From: Clostridia bacterium
GTDB lineage: Bacteria > Bacillota > Clostridia > TANB77 > CAG-508
DNA length: 64,000 nucleotides
Direction of reading: 5' to 3'
Assembly (NCBI GenBank): GCA_045643205.1
Contig: JAZUKI010000010.1
Coordinates: 145,608 to 209,607 of the forward strand
The notes under the pieces were generated by a model. That model searched no databases. It was not told the DNA's origin and saw only the letters and a list, made by a program, of their open reading frames with translations. Positions 29,300 to 38,648 of this stretch are shown one piece after another. A program made the position numbers and the translations under genes. Position 1 is the stretch's first letter, and each line of letters opens with the position of its first letter.

Positions 29300-32119
29300 A
29301 TGAAAAAAGTTGATAAGGAAAAATTAACTGAAGAGCAAAGACAAAAGAGAAATTACAAGATAAGAGTAAGAGTTGTTGCTATCATTTCTATAATTGCTGC
29401 AATTGCATTATTTATTTCATATAGAGGTAATTTCTTAGAAATGGAAGAATTAGGAGGAAATTATACATCTGTATTTTGGAGAAATACAGTTTATTCTTTA
29501 ATTTTATTTGTAGTTAACTTCTTAATTATTTATTTTGCATTTTATTTTACAAATAAAAAGATTAGAAAAACATTAAAAATATTCTTTGATGAAGAGAAGA
29601 AAGAAATGCCAAGTTTTCCAAATAAATCAATTAGTTTTATTATTGCTTTAGTTGGTGGAATTGTTGTTTCTAAATTATTATTACCTGAATTATTATTGGT
29701 ATGTGGAAACTCTTGGTTTGGAATATCAAACATGATCTTTAAATTTGATATTTCATTCAATATTTTCTGGAAACCATTTTTACTATTCCTAGATATATAC
29801 GGAATTGTTTTAATCATTGCAACATTAGCTTATGGAATAATGTATTCAATTATAATTTTAAATATGAGCTTTGATGGAGTTAATAGAGAAACATTTTCAA
29901 AAGCTAGAATTATTGAAACACTTCACGTAAGAGCAAAAATATTTGCAATTTTAGCTGCAATATTTGTTTTATTATTCATGGTTGGAAACATTGGTAACGA
30001 AATATTTATGAATGTTGAATTATCAGGAGATATTTACAAAATATATGGAGCAGGAGCTTCAGATATAACAATTAAAATTGCTGGATACTCAATACTTTCA
30101 GTACTTGTATTATTCTGCTTATTAAAGATGTACAAATCAATAAAAGAAAAAGATGCTGGAAAAACAATTAGATATGTATTAATTGTTCCTGTATACTTAA
30201 TAGCTTTAGCTTTAGTTTTAGCTGTTTATCAAGGAATATTCATTGGAGCTAATAACTTAGAAGCTAATGAACCATCAATTAAAGAAAATATTAAAAATAC
30301 AAGACAAGCCTATGGAATTTATGCAGAAGAATCTAGGAATGTTTTTACACCAGAATTAAATGAATATAACTTTGCAAGCAATGCAAGCGTTATAAATAAT
30401 ATCAACTTAGGTTCAAACGAAAATGTTATTCAAGATTGCCAAGCAATGGAGACATCAAAAGGTTACTACACATTTAGACAAACTCAAATTGAACAATACA
30501 ATATCGATGGAGTTGAAAAAGTTGTTTATGTTTCACCACGTGAAATATTAAATAATAAAAATACATATTCAAATAAAACATATCAATATACACATGGATA
30601 TGGAGCTGTTATTACTGACACAGCAAATACAGATGATGCAGGAAACTTCAATATAATTGAAGATGAATTTGAAAATCTAGAAAAATCAGATATTAAAGTA
30701 ACACAACCAAGAATTTATTATGGATTAGAAAATAATAATGCAGCTGTAATTAATTCTGATGTAGATGAATTTGATTATCCAATTGAAAGTAAAAACATTG
30801 ATGCAACATATAAATATGAAGGACATGCAGGATTAAATTTAAACTTCATTGATAAATTTATTATTGGTATTAAAGAAGGAAACTTACAATTAGCATTCTC
30901 AGGATTACAAAACAATGATAGTAAAATTATTTTAAATAGAAATATCATTAATAGAGCAAAACTTGTTTTACCATATATTTATTATGATGAAAATCCATAT
31001 TTAGTAATAGATGATAAAGGTGAGTTATATTGGGTTATAGATGGTTACACAACTTCTAATGAATATCCATTCTCACAAAAAACTATTTTGAAAAACAATC
31101 AACAAATCAACTATATTAGAAATTCAGTTAAAGTTATTATTAATGCATATAACGGAGAAATGAAATTCTATATAACAGATAGAAACGATCCTATAGTTAT
31201 GGCTTATAACAATGTTTTCCCAGGATTATTTGCAAGTGCTGAAGATACAATTCCAGAAGATATAAGCAAACATTTTGTATATCCAAAATTATTATTTGAT
31301 TTACAAGCAGAGATTATTCAAGAATATCATTCAACAAAAACAGAAAATTTATATAGAGGAAAAGATGCTTGGGAAATTTCAGAAACAAATACATCAGGAT
31401 CTACAAAAGAAATGAAACCATACTATTCTATGGTAAATGTAAATGATAAAAATGAATTAGGTTTAATTCTTCCATATTCAACTTATGGAAAATCAAATTT
31501 AAATGCATTATTAATTGGAACAATGAATGGTACAATACCAACATTAAACATATGTACAATTCCTTCTACAAATAATGCAATGGGAGCATTACAATTTGAA
31601 ACATTAATAAATCAAGATGAAAAAATTGCAAGTGAAATAGCAGCTTTAAATACAACAGGAACAAGAATTTCAAAGAATACAATTGTAATTCCAATCGATA
31701 ATTCTGTTTTATATGTTCAAACTATTTATCAACAAATGATAAATGAATCAACACAAAGACCTACATTAAAGAAAGTTGTTGTAGCTTCAGGAAATAAAAT
31801 TGCAATCGGAAATAATATAGACATGGCAATCAAAAACTTATTATCAAAACAAGCTATTGAAGTAATGGTAACTGATTCAGAAGATGTTGAACAATTAATA
31901 AATGCAATTATTAAAGCAAATCAAAATGTAAAGAATTCTAGCCAAAGTGGAAATTGGAAATTATATGGTGAAGATATGCAAGAATTAACATCATTAATTA
32001 ACAATCTTGAAACTGCAATGTCAGCTAGAGAAAAAGAAAATAAAAACAACACAGAAAGTGATGTATCAAGTAGCGATTCAGCATCAAGTGAATCAAAAGC
32101 TGAAAAATCTTCAAAATAG
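29300..32119 (+). CDS. UPF0182 family membrane protein
   Basis: Multi-TM N-half; YTHGYG, QPRIYYG, WVIDGYTTSNEYPFS, NYIRNSVK motifs. Confidence 0.9.
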   Translation: MKKVDKEKLTEEQRQKRNYKIRVRVVAIISIIAAIALFISYRGNFLEMEELGGNYTSVFWRNTVYSLILFVVNFLIIYFAFYFTNKKIRKTLKIFFDEEKKEMPSFPNKSISFIIALVGGIVVSKLLLPELLLVCGNSWFGISNMIFKFDISFNIFWKPFLLFLDIYGIVLIIATLAYGIMYSIIILNMSFDGVNRETFSKARIIETLHVRAKIFAILAAIFVLLFMVGNIGNEIFMNVELSGDIYKIYGAGASDITIKIAGYSILSVLVLFCLLKMYKSIKEKDAGKTIRYVLIVPVYLIALALVLAVYQGIFIGANNLEANEPSIKENIKNTRQAYGIYAEESRNVFTPELNEYNFASNASVINNINLGSNENVIQDCQAMETSKGYYTFRQTQIEQYNIDGVEKVVYVSPREILNNKNTYSNKTYQYTHGYGAVITDTANTDDAGNFNIIEDEFENLEKSDIKVTQPRIYYGLENNNAAVINSDVDEFDYPIESKNIDATYKYEGHAGLNLNFIDKFIIGIKEGNLQLAFSGLQNNDSKIILNRNIINRAKLVLPYIYYDENPYLVIDDKGELYWVIDGYTTSNEYPFSQKTILKNNQQINYIRNSVKVIINAYNGEMKFYITDRNDPIVMAYNNVFPGLFASAEDTIPEDISKHFVYPKLLFDLQAEIIQEYHSTKTENLYRGKDAWEISETNTSGSTKEMKPYYSMVNVNDKNELGLILPYSTYGKSNLNALLIGTMNGTIPTLNICTIPSTNNAMGALQFETLINQDEKIASEIAALNTTGTRISKNTIVIPIDNSVLYVQTIYQQMINESTQRPTLKKVVVASGNKIAIGNNIDMAIKNLLSKQAIEVMVTDSEDVEQLINAIIKANQNVKNSSQSGNWKLYGEDMQELTSLINNLETAMSAREKENKNNTESDVSSSDSASSESKAEKSSK

Positions 32120-32157
32120 TAATTGTAAAATAAAAGCTTAAAATAAGAGGTTTTAAA

Positions 32158-32784
32158 ATGAGTGAGAAAACAAAAATAAAATTAAACACACCTAATAAAC
32201 TAACTATATTTAGAATCCTATTAGTACCTATAATGATAATTGTTTCTTTTATACAATTTCCAGGAGATTTATGGGGAATTAAAACACAATGGATTATTTT
32301 AGATTTGTTATTTATCATTGGTTCATTAACAGATCACTGGGATGGACATTTAGCAAGAAAAAATAATCAGATAACTACATTTGGAAAATTCTTAGATCCA
32401 ATAGCTGATAAAATTTTAGTTGTTTCAGCATTTCTATTATTAATAGAAGAAGGAAAATTACCAGCATGGATTGCAATAATAGTTATACTAAGAGAATTTG
32501 TAGTTTCAGGATATAGATTAGTTGTTGTTAAAAGCGAAGGAGAAGTAATTGCTGCAAATATTTGGGGCAAAATAAAAACTACAATTCAAATGATTGCTGT
32601 AATTATGTGCTTCTTAGATGTTAATAAATTTGGCGCAATATTTAATACACAATTAGATGTATTACCATTTATTTGGAATTTACTTACAACAATATTAATG
32701 ATTGCTGCAACTGTTGCAACTATATTTTCAGGATATACATATTTAAAAGGATCAAAAGAAATTTTATTTAAAGATGTTAAATAA
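32158..32784 (+). CDS. pgsA: CDP-diacylglycerol--glycerol-3-phosphate 3-phosphatidyltransferase
   Basis: NTPNKLTIFRI, TDHWDGHLAR, GKFLDPIADK. Confidence 0.95.
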   Translation: MSEKTKIKLNTPNKLTIFRILLVPIMIIVSFIQFPGDLWGIKTQWIILDLLFIIGSLTDHWDGHLARKNNQITTFGKFLDPIADKILVVSAFLLLIEEGKLPAWIAIIVILREFVVSGYRLVVVKSEGEVIAANIWGKIKTTIQMIAVIMCFLDVNKFGAIFNTQLDVLPFIWNLLTTILMIAATVATIFSGYTYLKGSKEILFKDVK

Positions 32785-32802
32785 AATCGACAGGAGATAA
32801 AA

Positions 32803-34185
32803 GTGGTAGATAAAGAACTTGATATTATACTAGATATAATGAGCAAAAGTGGAACAAACGAAAAAATTGAAACTATAAAACAAAATGAAGATAATGATAG
32901 ACTTAAACAAATTTTGTTTTATACTTTCAATCCACTTTATGTATTTGGTATTTCTTCAAAGAAAATTGAAAAAGAATTAAATATGATTCTACCTTTTGAA
33001 ACAGATGATTTGTTAGAACTTTTAGAATATTTAAAAGAACATCATACTGGTTCAGATATGGATATAGCAGTAGTTCAAAACTTTATTAACAAGCAAGATG
33101 AAAAATATAAAAATGTTTTAACAGATATTGTAACTAAAAGTTTAACCTTAGGTATTAATGCTAAAAGTATAAACAAAGTTTGGGACAATTTTATTCCAGA
33201 CTACGAAGTTCAACAAGGTGAACGTTTAGAAAACAACATTGAAAAATTAATTGAGAGTGGAAAACAAATTATTGTAACTCAAAAATATGATGGACAAAGG
33301 TGCTCTGCAAGAGTTGAAAATCATAAGGTTACGTTATATTCAAGAAATGGAAAATTTTATGAAGGTTTAAAAGAACTTGAAAGTGAATTAGCTGAACTTG
33401 ATGATGGAATGTACGATGGCGAACTTCTTGTTAATTGTAAAGATGAAAGAGATGAAAATAATGTTCCTAAATTTATTGAAAAATCAGATATTGAGTTTGA
33501 TAAAAATATTTTAGATATTGTTTATGCTCCAATGCCATCAAAAGAATTATTTAAGAAAACAGCTTCATTAGTTAATTCTGATGAACCAAACAAATTAAAT
33601 GTAAACATATGGCTTTATGATATGACTCCATTAGAAAACTTTGACAAAATGGAAGATTATGAAGTTCCAGTAGAAGAAAGAAAAAGGATTCTAAGCGAGA
33701 AAATAGCTAAAGTTCATAATAAATGTCCACATTTAAAAGAAGTTAAATTCTTATATACAGGAGATTTTAATAATGTTTTAATTCAAAACATGCTTAAACA
33801 AGTTGTAGGATTAAATCAAGAAGGCATGATGATAAATGTATATGGTTCTCCATATGAATTTGAAAGAAGCAAAAACATGCTTAAAGTAAAGCAAATGTAT
33901 CCAGTAGATTTAAGAGTTGTTGACGTATTAGAAGGAAGTGGAGCAAATAAAGGAAAAGTAGGAGCTTTATTAGTTAATTATAAAGGCAGTCCTCTAAAAG
34001 TAGGAAGTGGTTTAACAAAAGAGCAAAGAGAAAAATTCTGGGAAGATAAAAGTTTAATTCTTGGAAAAATTATCACTATAAAATATTTTGAAGAAACTAC
34101 TAATAAAAAGAATAATGAAAAAAGTTTAAGATTTCCAATATTCTTAGAAGTAAGATATGATAAGGACGAGGAGAGTTATAACTAA
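32803..34185 (+). CDS. ATP-dependent DNA ligase, phage-like
   Basis: Motif I QKYDGQR, DGELL, YD, EGMMIN, LKVKQ; OB domain VGSG and SLRFPIF; GTG start after AGGAG. Confidence 0.9.
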   Translation: MVDKELDIILDIMSKSGTNEKIETIKQNEDNDRLKQILFYTFNPLYVFGISSKKIEKELNMILPFETDDLLELLEYLKEHHTGSDMDIAVVQNFINKQDEKYKNVLTDIVTKSLTLGINAKSINKVWDNFIPDYEVQQGERLENNIEKLIESGKQIIVTQKYDGQRCSARVENHKVTLYSRNGKFYEGLKELESELAELDDGMYDGELLVNCKDERDENNVPKFIEKSDIEFDKNILDIVYAPMPSKELFKKTASLVNSDEPNKLNVNIWLYDMTPLENFDKMEDYEVPVEERKRILSEKIAKVHNKCPHLKEVKFLYTGDFNNVLIQNMLKQVVGLNQEGMMINVYGSPYEFERSKNMLKVKQMYPVDLRVVDVLEGSGANKGKVGALLVNYKGSPLKVGSGLTKEQREKFWEDKSLILGKIITIKYFEETTNKKNNEKSLRFPIFLEVRYDKDEESYN

Positions 34186-34206
34186 TTATCATACGAAAGG
34201 TTTTAT

Positions 34207-34452
34207 ATGAATAATAATATGACATTCGAAAAATTTAGCGAAAACTTAGATAATGGATATAAAATTAAATTTGATTATGTAAGAAACAGATATGTTTTAT
34301 ATAAAGTAAATGAAAATTGCTATATGCAAGAACTAGTTGAACAAAAATCAAAAAATCCAGTTGCAGCTAAAAGTATGATTACATTTAAAGCCATTAAGGA
34401 AATGTTTCCTTTTATGACTGATATTGAATATCAAGATGATTTAAAAAATTAA
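34207..34452 (+). CDS. Hypothetical protein (81 aa)
   Basis: ORF with RBS GAAAGG, apparently co-transcribed with the ligase; no recognised motif. Confidence 0.6.
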   Translation: MNNNMTFEKFSENLDNGYKIKFDYVRNRYVLYKVNENCYMQELVEQKSKNPVAAKSMITFKAIKEMFPFMTDIEYQDDLKN

Positions 34453-34466
34453 TAGGAGTACATAGA

Positions 34467-34928
34467 ATGGAAGAAACTTTTGCTATTATAGATGATGAAG
34501 AAAAAGCAGAAAGAAAGAAAGCAGAAGAGGAAGAACAAAAAGAAAAATACAGAATAGAAGATGCTGAAGAAAATTCAGATAATATTGAATTTATGAGAGA
34601 AGCACTAAATAGTGATGCTACCTGGGTTGTAGCTTATGCTTCAGATAGAATTTTATCTGATAGAGAATTTATAAAAGAAGCAGTAAAAATAGATGGACAA
34701 TTATTATACTATGCTTCTCCAGATTTAAGAGATAATAAAGAAATTGTTTTAGAAGCAATAAAGAATAAGGGATTGATAATAAAATATGTTTCTAAAAGAT
34801 TAAGAAATGATAAAGATGTTGCAATAACAGCACTAAGCCAAAGTTTAGGATATGCGATGTATTTAGAAGATGAAGTAAAGCAAGATCCAGAGATAAAAGC
34901 AATGATAAATCCAGCTGATGAAATGTAA
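34467..34928 (+). CDS. DUF4116-like repeat protein
   Basis: Repeats YASDRILSDREFIKEAVK / YASPDLRDNKEIVLEAIK / YVSKRLRNDKDVAITAL. Confidence 0.8.
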   Translation: MEETFAIIDDEEKAERKKAEEEEQKEKYRIEDAEENSDNIEFMREALNSDATWVVAYASDRILSDREFIKEAVKIDGQLLYYASPDLRDNKEIVLEAIKNKGLIIKYVSKRLRNDKDVAITALSQSLGYAMYLEDEVKQDPEIKAMINPADEM

Positions 34929-34945
34929 AATAAATTAAAATAAAT

Positions 34946-35005
34946 AAAAGCCTGAAACAAAGTAGGGACTATGATTAGTCTACAACTTAGTTTTCAGGCT
35001 TTTTT
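34946..35005. terminator. Bidirectional terminator between the DUF4116 gene and tRNA-Thr
   Basis: AAAAGCCTGAAA...TTTCAGGCTTTT. Confidence 0.8.
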
Positions 35006-35008
35006 ATA

Positions 35009-35084
35009 TGGAGCCTACAACCGGGATTGAACCGGTGACCTCAGCCTTACCAAGGCTGCACTCTACCAACTGAGCTATATAGGC
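35009..35084 (-). tRNA. tRNA-Thr(GGT)
   Basis: Reverse complement GCCTATATAGCTCAGTTGGTAGAG...CAGCC-TTGGTAA-GGCTG...GGTTCAATCC...GGCTCCA, 76 nt. Confidence 0.95.
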
Positions 35085-35130
35085 AATTATGCTGAGTTAA
35101 AAACAACATAATAAGATTGTACGTAATTTA

Positions 35131-35739
35131 TTATAAATTATCAAGATTTTTAATTGTCTTTTTTCTGATTCTTTGAATAGCATTATCAATTGCTTTTGAA
35201 TTAGAATCAAGCTTTTTAGCTATTTCATCATATTTATAACCTTGTAATAAAAGGTCTAATACATCTTTTTCAAAATTACTTAAATTTTTATCCAATGTAT
35301 CATTTATTTCATTCATATATTCTTTTTTAGTAATTGTATCTAGAGGATCTTCAACTGATTTATTTAAAACTGTTTCAATGTTTGAAAAAGTATCATCATT
35401 AGAATTTTCATCATTAGTTCCGTTTAAAGAAACGTAATTATTCAAAGGCATATGTTTTTGCCTATTTGAATTTTTAACAGTATTTATTAATTGTCTTTTT
35501 ATACAAAGATTAGCAAATGTTTTGAAAGAACTATCTCTAGAAGAATCATAGTTCATAATAGCTTTAAATAAGCCAATTCTGCCTTCTTGCATTAAATCAT
35601 CTTTTTCAGCACCATTAATAAAATAATTTGAAACACAAAGCTCAATTAATGATTTATATCTTTCAATAATTTCATTTAATGCTTGTGGATTATTATCACG
35701 TATTTGATTAATTAATTCTTCATCAGAAATATTCACCAT
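35131..35739 (-). CDS. sigH: RNA polymerase sigma factor SigH
   Basis: DLMQEGRIGLFKAI, SFKTFANLCIKRQ, NRQKHMPLNNYVSL, KAIDNAIQRIRKK. Confidence 0.93.
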   Translation of the reverse strand: MVNISDEELINQIRDNNPQALNEIIERYKSLIELCVSNYFINGAEKDDLMQEGRIGLFKAIMNYDSSRDSSFKTFANLCIKRQLINTVKNSNRQKHMPLNNYVSLNGTNDENSNDDTFSNIETVLNKSVEDPLDTITKKEYMNEINDTLDKNLSNFEKDVLDLLLQGYKYDEIAKKLDSNSKAIDNAIQRIRKKTIKNLDNL

Positions 35740-35848
35740 CTAAAGCTCCTTAAAACGTCTCCAAATGCATGGAATGCTTAATTATTATATTGTTTAAGTA
35801 TTGTAATGTCAATAAAAATATATTAAAATTACCAAGTGGAGGAACAAT

Positions 35849-37522
35849 ATGGCTTTTGACGGAATTACTTTAAATTCGGTAATTAAGGAACTTAATAGTA
35901 TCGTTGGTGCAAGAATAAATAGTATCTTTCAACCAACACCTAACGAAATCATTATATCTGTATATAATGGTTCTAATTTGGCATTGAATTTAGATGTTTC
36001 AGCTAGCAATTATAGAATGAATTTAACAACACATCAAAAGAAAAATCCTCAAGTTGCACCACAATTTTGTATGTTGCTAAGAAAATACTTAATTGGTGGA
36101 AGAATTAAGAAAATATATAATAAAGGGCTTGAAAGAATTGCCTATATTGAGTGCGAATGCATTAATGAAATGAATGACCGAGTTAATAGAAGTTTAATAA
36201 TTGAATTAATGGGCAAGTATAGCAATATTATTTTAGTTAATGATAATTTTACTATTATTGATGCTTTGAAAAAATTCGATAGCGAAGGCGAATCACGTTC
36301 AATAATGCCAACAAGACAGTACATTGAGCCAAACGAAAATAAAGCTGAATTTACAAATACAACAGAAAAAGATTTCATAGCAAAAATTATCAGCGATGAA
36401 AATAAAACTTTAGAAACAGCAATTCCAAACAATTACACTGGAATAAGCAAAATGTTTATACAAAGTACTATTAATGAATTGAATTTTTCAAATACAGTTG
36501 GAGAAAAAACATTAAAAACAATTTATAACTATATTTCTGATATATTAAATACCAATAACTTTAATTGTATTAGTTTTAAAAACAATTATAGCATTGTGCT
36601 AAAACAGGAAGAAAAAGAAACTTATCAAACAAATTTCTTTTTAGATGATTTCTATTACAAAAAAGATGAAGAAGAATATTTTATAAATTATAGAAATACT
36701 CTTTTAAAAGTACTAAATGGAACTTTAGATAAAGTTTCTAAAAAAATGGACAACATTGATGGAAAAATTGATTCATGCAAAGACATGGAAAAATATAAAG
36801 AATATGGTGAATTAATATTATCAAACATTTACAGATTTAACGATAATTATACTGATTTTATTGAGGTAGAAAACTTTTACAATGATAATGAGATTATCAA
36901 AATAAAAATAGATTCAAACATTAGTGCATCACAAAATGCAGAAAAGTATTTTAAAAAATATAATAAAATGAAAAATACTTTAAAAATCACCAAAGTTCAG
37001 AAAGAAGAAACTGAAAAAGAACTTGATTATTTAGGTTCTCTAATCGAAGAATTAGATAGATGCCAAACTGTTCAAGATATAGATGAAGTGTATAACGAAA
37101 TTAATGAAAACATATTATTTACAGATATAAAACTTAAAGGCAAGAACAAGAAACAAGCAATAAAGGATAAGACTTCATTAGAAAATTATATAAGAACAAA
37201 AGTTGATGAATATGATACATATATAGGAAAAAACAACAGGCAGAATGATAATTTAACCCTTAAAGTAGCAAGAGATAATGATATCTGGCTTCATGCAAAA
37301 GATATTCATGGAAGTCATGTTATATTACGAACAAATGGCGAAATGCCTAAAATATCAACAATTGAAAAAGCTGCAAAGTTAGCAGCATATCATAGTAAGG
37401 CAAAATACTCTTCACATGTTCCTGTGGATTACTGTTTTGTAAAATTTGTTAAGAAGCCAAAAGGTTCAGCACCGGGATATGTAATTTATTCAAACAATAA
37501 AACTGTTTTTGTAGATCCATAG
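35849..37522 (+). CDS. rqcH: RqcH/FbpA (NFACT) ribosome quality control protein
   Basis: MAFDG start, FCMLLRKYL, IELMGKYSNIIL, GKNNRQND, WLHAKDIHGSHV. Confidence 0.93.
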   Translation: MAFDGITLNSVIKELNSIVGARINSIFQPTPNEIIISVYNGSNLALNLDVSASNYRMNLTTHQKKNPQVAPQFCMLLRKYLIGGRIKKIYNKGLERIAYIECECINEMNDRVNRSLIIELMGKYSNIILVNDNFTIIDALKKFDSEGESRSIMPTRQYIEPNENKAEFTNTTEKDFIAKIISDENKTLETAIPNNYTGISKMFIQSTINELNFSNTVGEKTLKTIYNYISDILNTNNFNCISFKNNYSIVLKQEEKETYQTNFFLDDFYYKKDEEEYFINYRNTLLKVLNGTLDKVSKKMDNIDGKIDSCKDMEKYKEYGELILSNIYRFNDNYTDFIEVENFYNDNEIIKIKIDSNISASQNAEKYFKKYNKMKNTLKITKVQKEETEKELDYLGSLIEELDRCQTVQDIDEVYNEINENILFTDIKLKGKNKKQAIKDKTSLENYIRTKVDEYDTYIGKNNRQNDNLTLKVARDNDIWLHAKDIHGSHVILRTNGEMPKISTIEKAAKLAAYHSKAKYSSHVPVDYCFVKFVKKPKGSAPGYVIYSNNKTVFVDP

Positions 37523-37588
37523 AATGCCTTATTGTTGAAAAAAAGAGCAATTTATATTATAATTACAACATCGTTGGAAGGAAGGTAT

Positions 37589-38569
37589 ATGAGTGAAGGA
37601 ATAGGCATCGATTTAGGAACTGATTCAACAATAATTTATTCTCATAATAAGGGAATAATATTAAATGAGCCAACAATCGTTGCAGTAGATATACTTACAA
37701 AAGAACCAATTGAATATGGAAAAAAAGCCAAAGAAATGGTAGGCAGAACACCAAAGGGAATTACTACTGTAGAGCCGCTAAAAGATGGAGTTATATCTAG
37801 CTTTTCTCTTACTGTTAAGATGCTAAAACATTATTTGAAAAAAATTGGCTCTAACAAGACATTGCTTCAAAAGGCAATGATATGTGTACCATCCAATATA
37901 AATAGTGTTGAAAAACAAGCTGTAGCAGATGCCATTATCAGATGCGGAGTTAAAAATGTTTGGCTAATTGAAGAACCAGTTGCAGCAGCAATCGGCGCAG
38001 GATTAGACATATTTAAAGATAAAGCAAATTTTATTGTTGATATTGGCGGAGGAACAACGGACATCGCAGTTATAGCTAAAGGCTCAACAATATTAAGCAA
38101 TTCAATATTATCTGCAGGAAATACTTTTACAGATATAATAAAAAAATATATGTTAGACAGATATGAAATAGCTATAGGAAGTTTGACAGCAGAAAAAATT
38201 AAATTTGAAATAGGCTCAGTAATTAGTAGAGAACATATGGTAGAAACAAAATGCAGAGGTAGACATACTAAAACAGGAATGCCTATTGAAATTTTAATAA
38301 ATAATGTTGAAATAGAAAAACTATTAGAAGCGGAAGCCATGAAAATAGTTAATGCTATAAAAGAAATAATTGAAAAAACACCACCAGAGATGATGGAAGA
38401 AATATCAAACAATGGAATATACTTAACTGGCGGTGGAAGCAAAATATTTGGAATTGATAAATTAATAAAACAATATACAGGAATCAATATTTATATCGCA
38501 AATGATTCTGAATTCTGTGTTGCAAAAGGCACAGGAAAAGCTTTGTTAAATAAGAGCTTTGTTCAATAA
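37589..38569 (+). CDS. MreB/Mbl-like actin paralogue, divergent
   Basis: GIDLGT, EEPVAAAIGAG, DIGGGTTD, TPPE, LTGGG. Confidence 0.9.
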   Translation: MSEGIGIDLGTDSTIIYSHNKGIILNEPTIVAVDILTKEPIEYGKKAKEMVGRTPKGITTVEPLKDGVISSFSLTVKMLKHYLKKIGSNKTLLQKAMICVPSNINSVEKQAVADAIIRCGVKNVWLIEEPVAAAIGAGLDIFKDKANFIVDIGGGTTDIAVIAKGSTILSNSILSAGNTFTDIIKKYMLDRYEIAIGSLTAEKIKFEIGSVISREHMVETKCRGRHTKTGMPIEILINNVEIEKLLEAEAMKIVNAIKEIIEKTPPEMMEEISNNGIYLTGGGSKIFGIDKLIKQYTGINIYIANDSEFCVAKGTGKALLNKSFVQ

Positions 38570-38648
38570 ATTTAATTATACAAAAATTAATAATTTTAAT
38601 TATATAAAATGAATAAGTTTAATCATACAAAATGAAAAGGAAGAAAAA

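Noticed and set aside
27744-38487. Long antisense ORFs such as 27744-28298 and 37867-38487, and the many shorter ones in the ORF track
   Set aside because: They lie opposite well-conserved genes and show the S/I/F/L-rich composition expected from reverse-read codon bias
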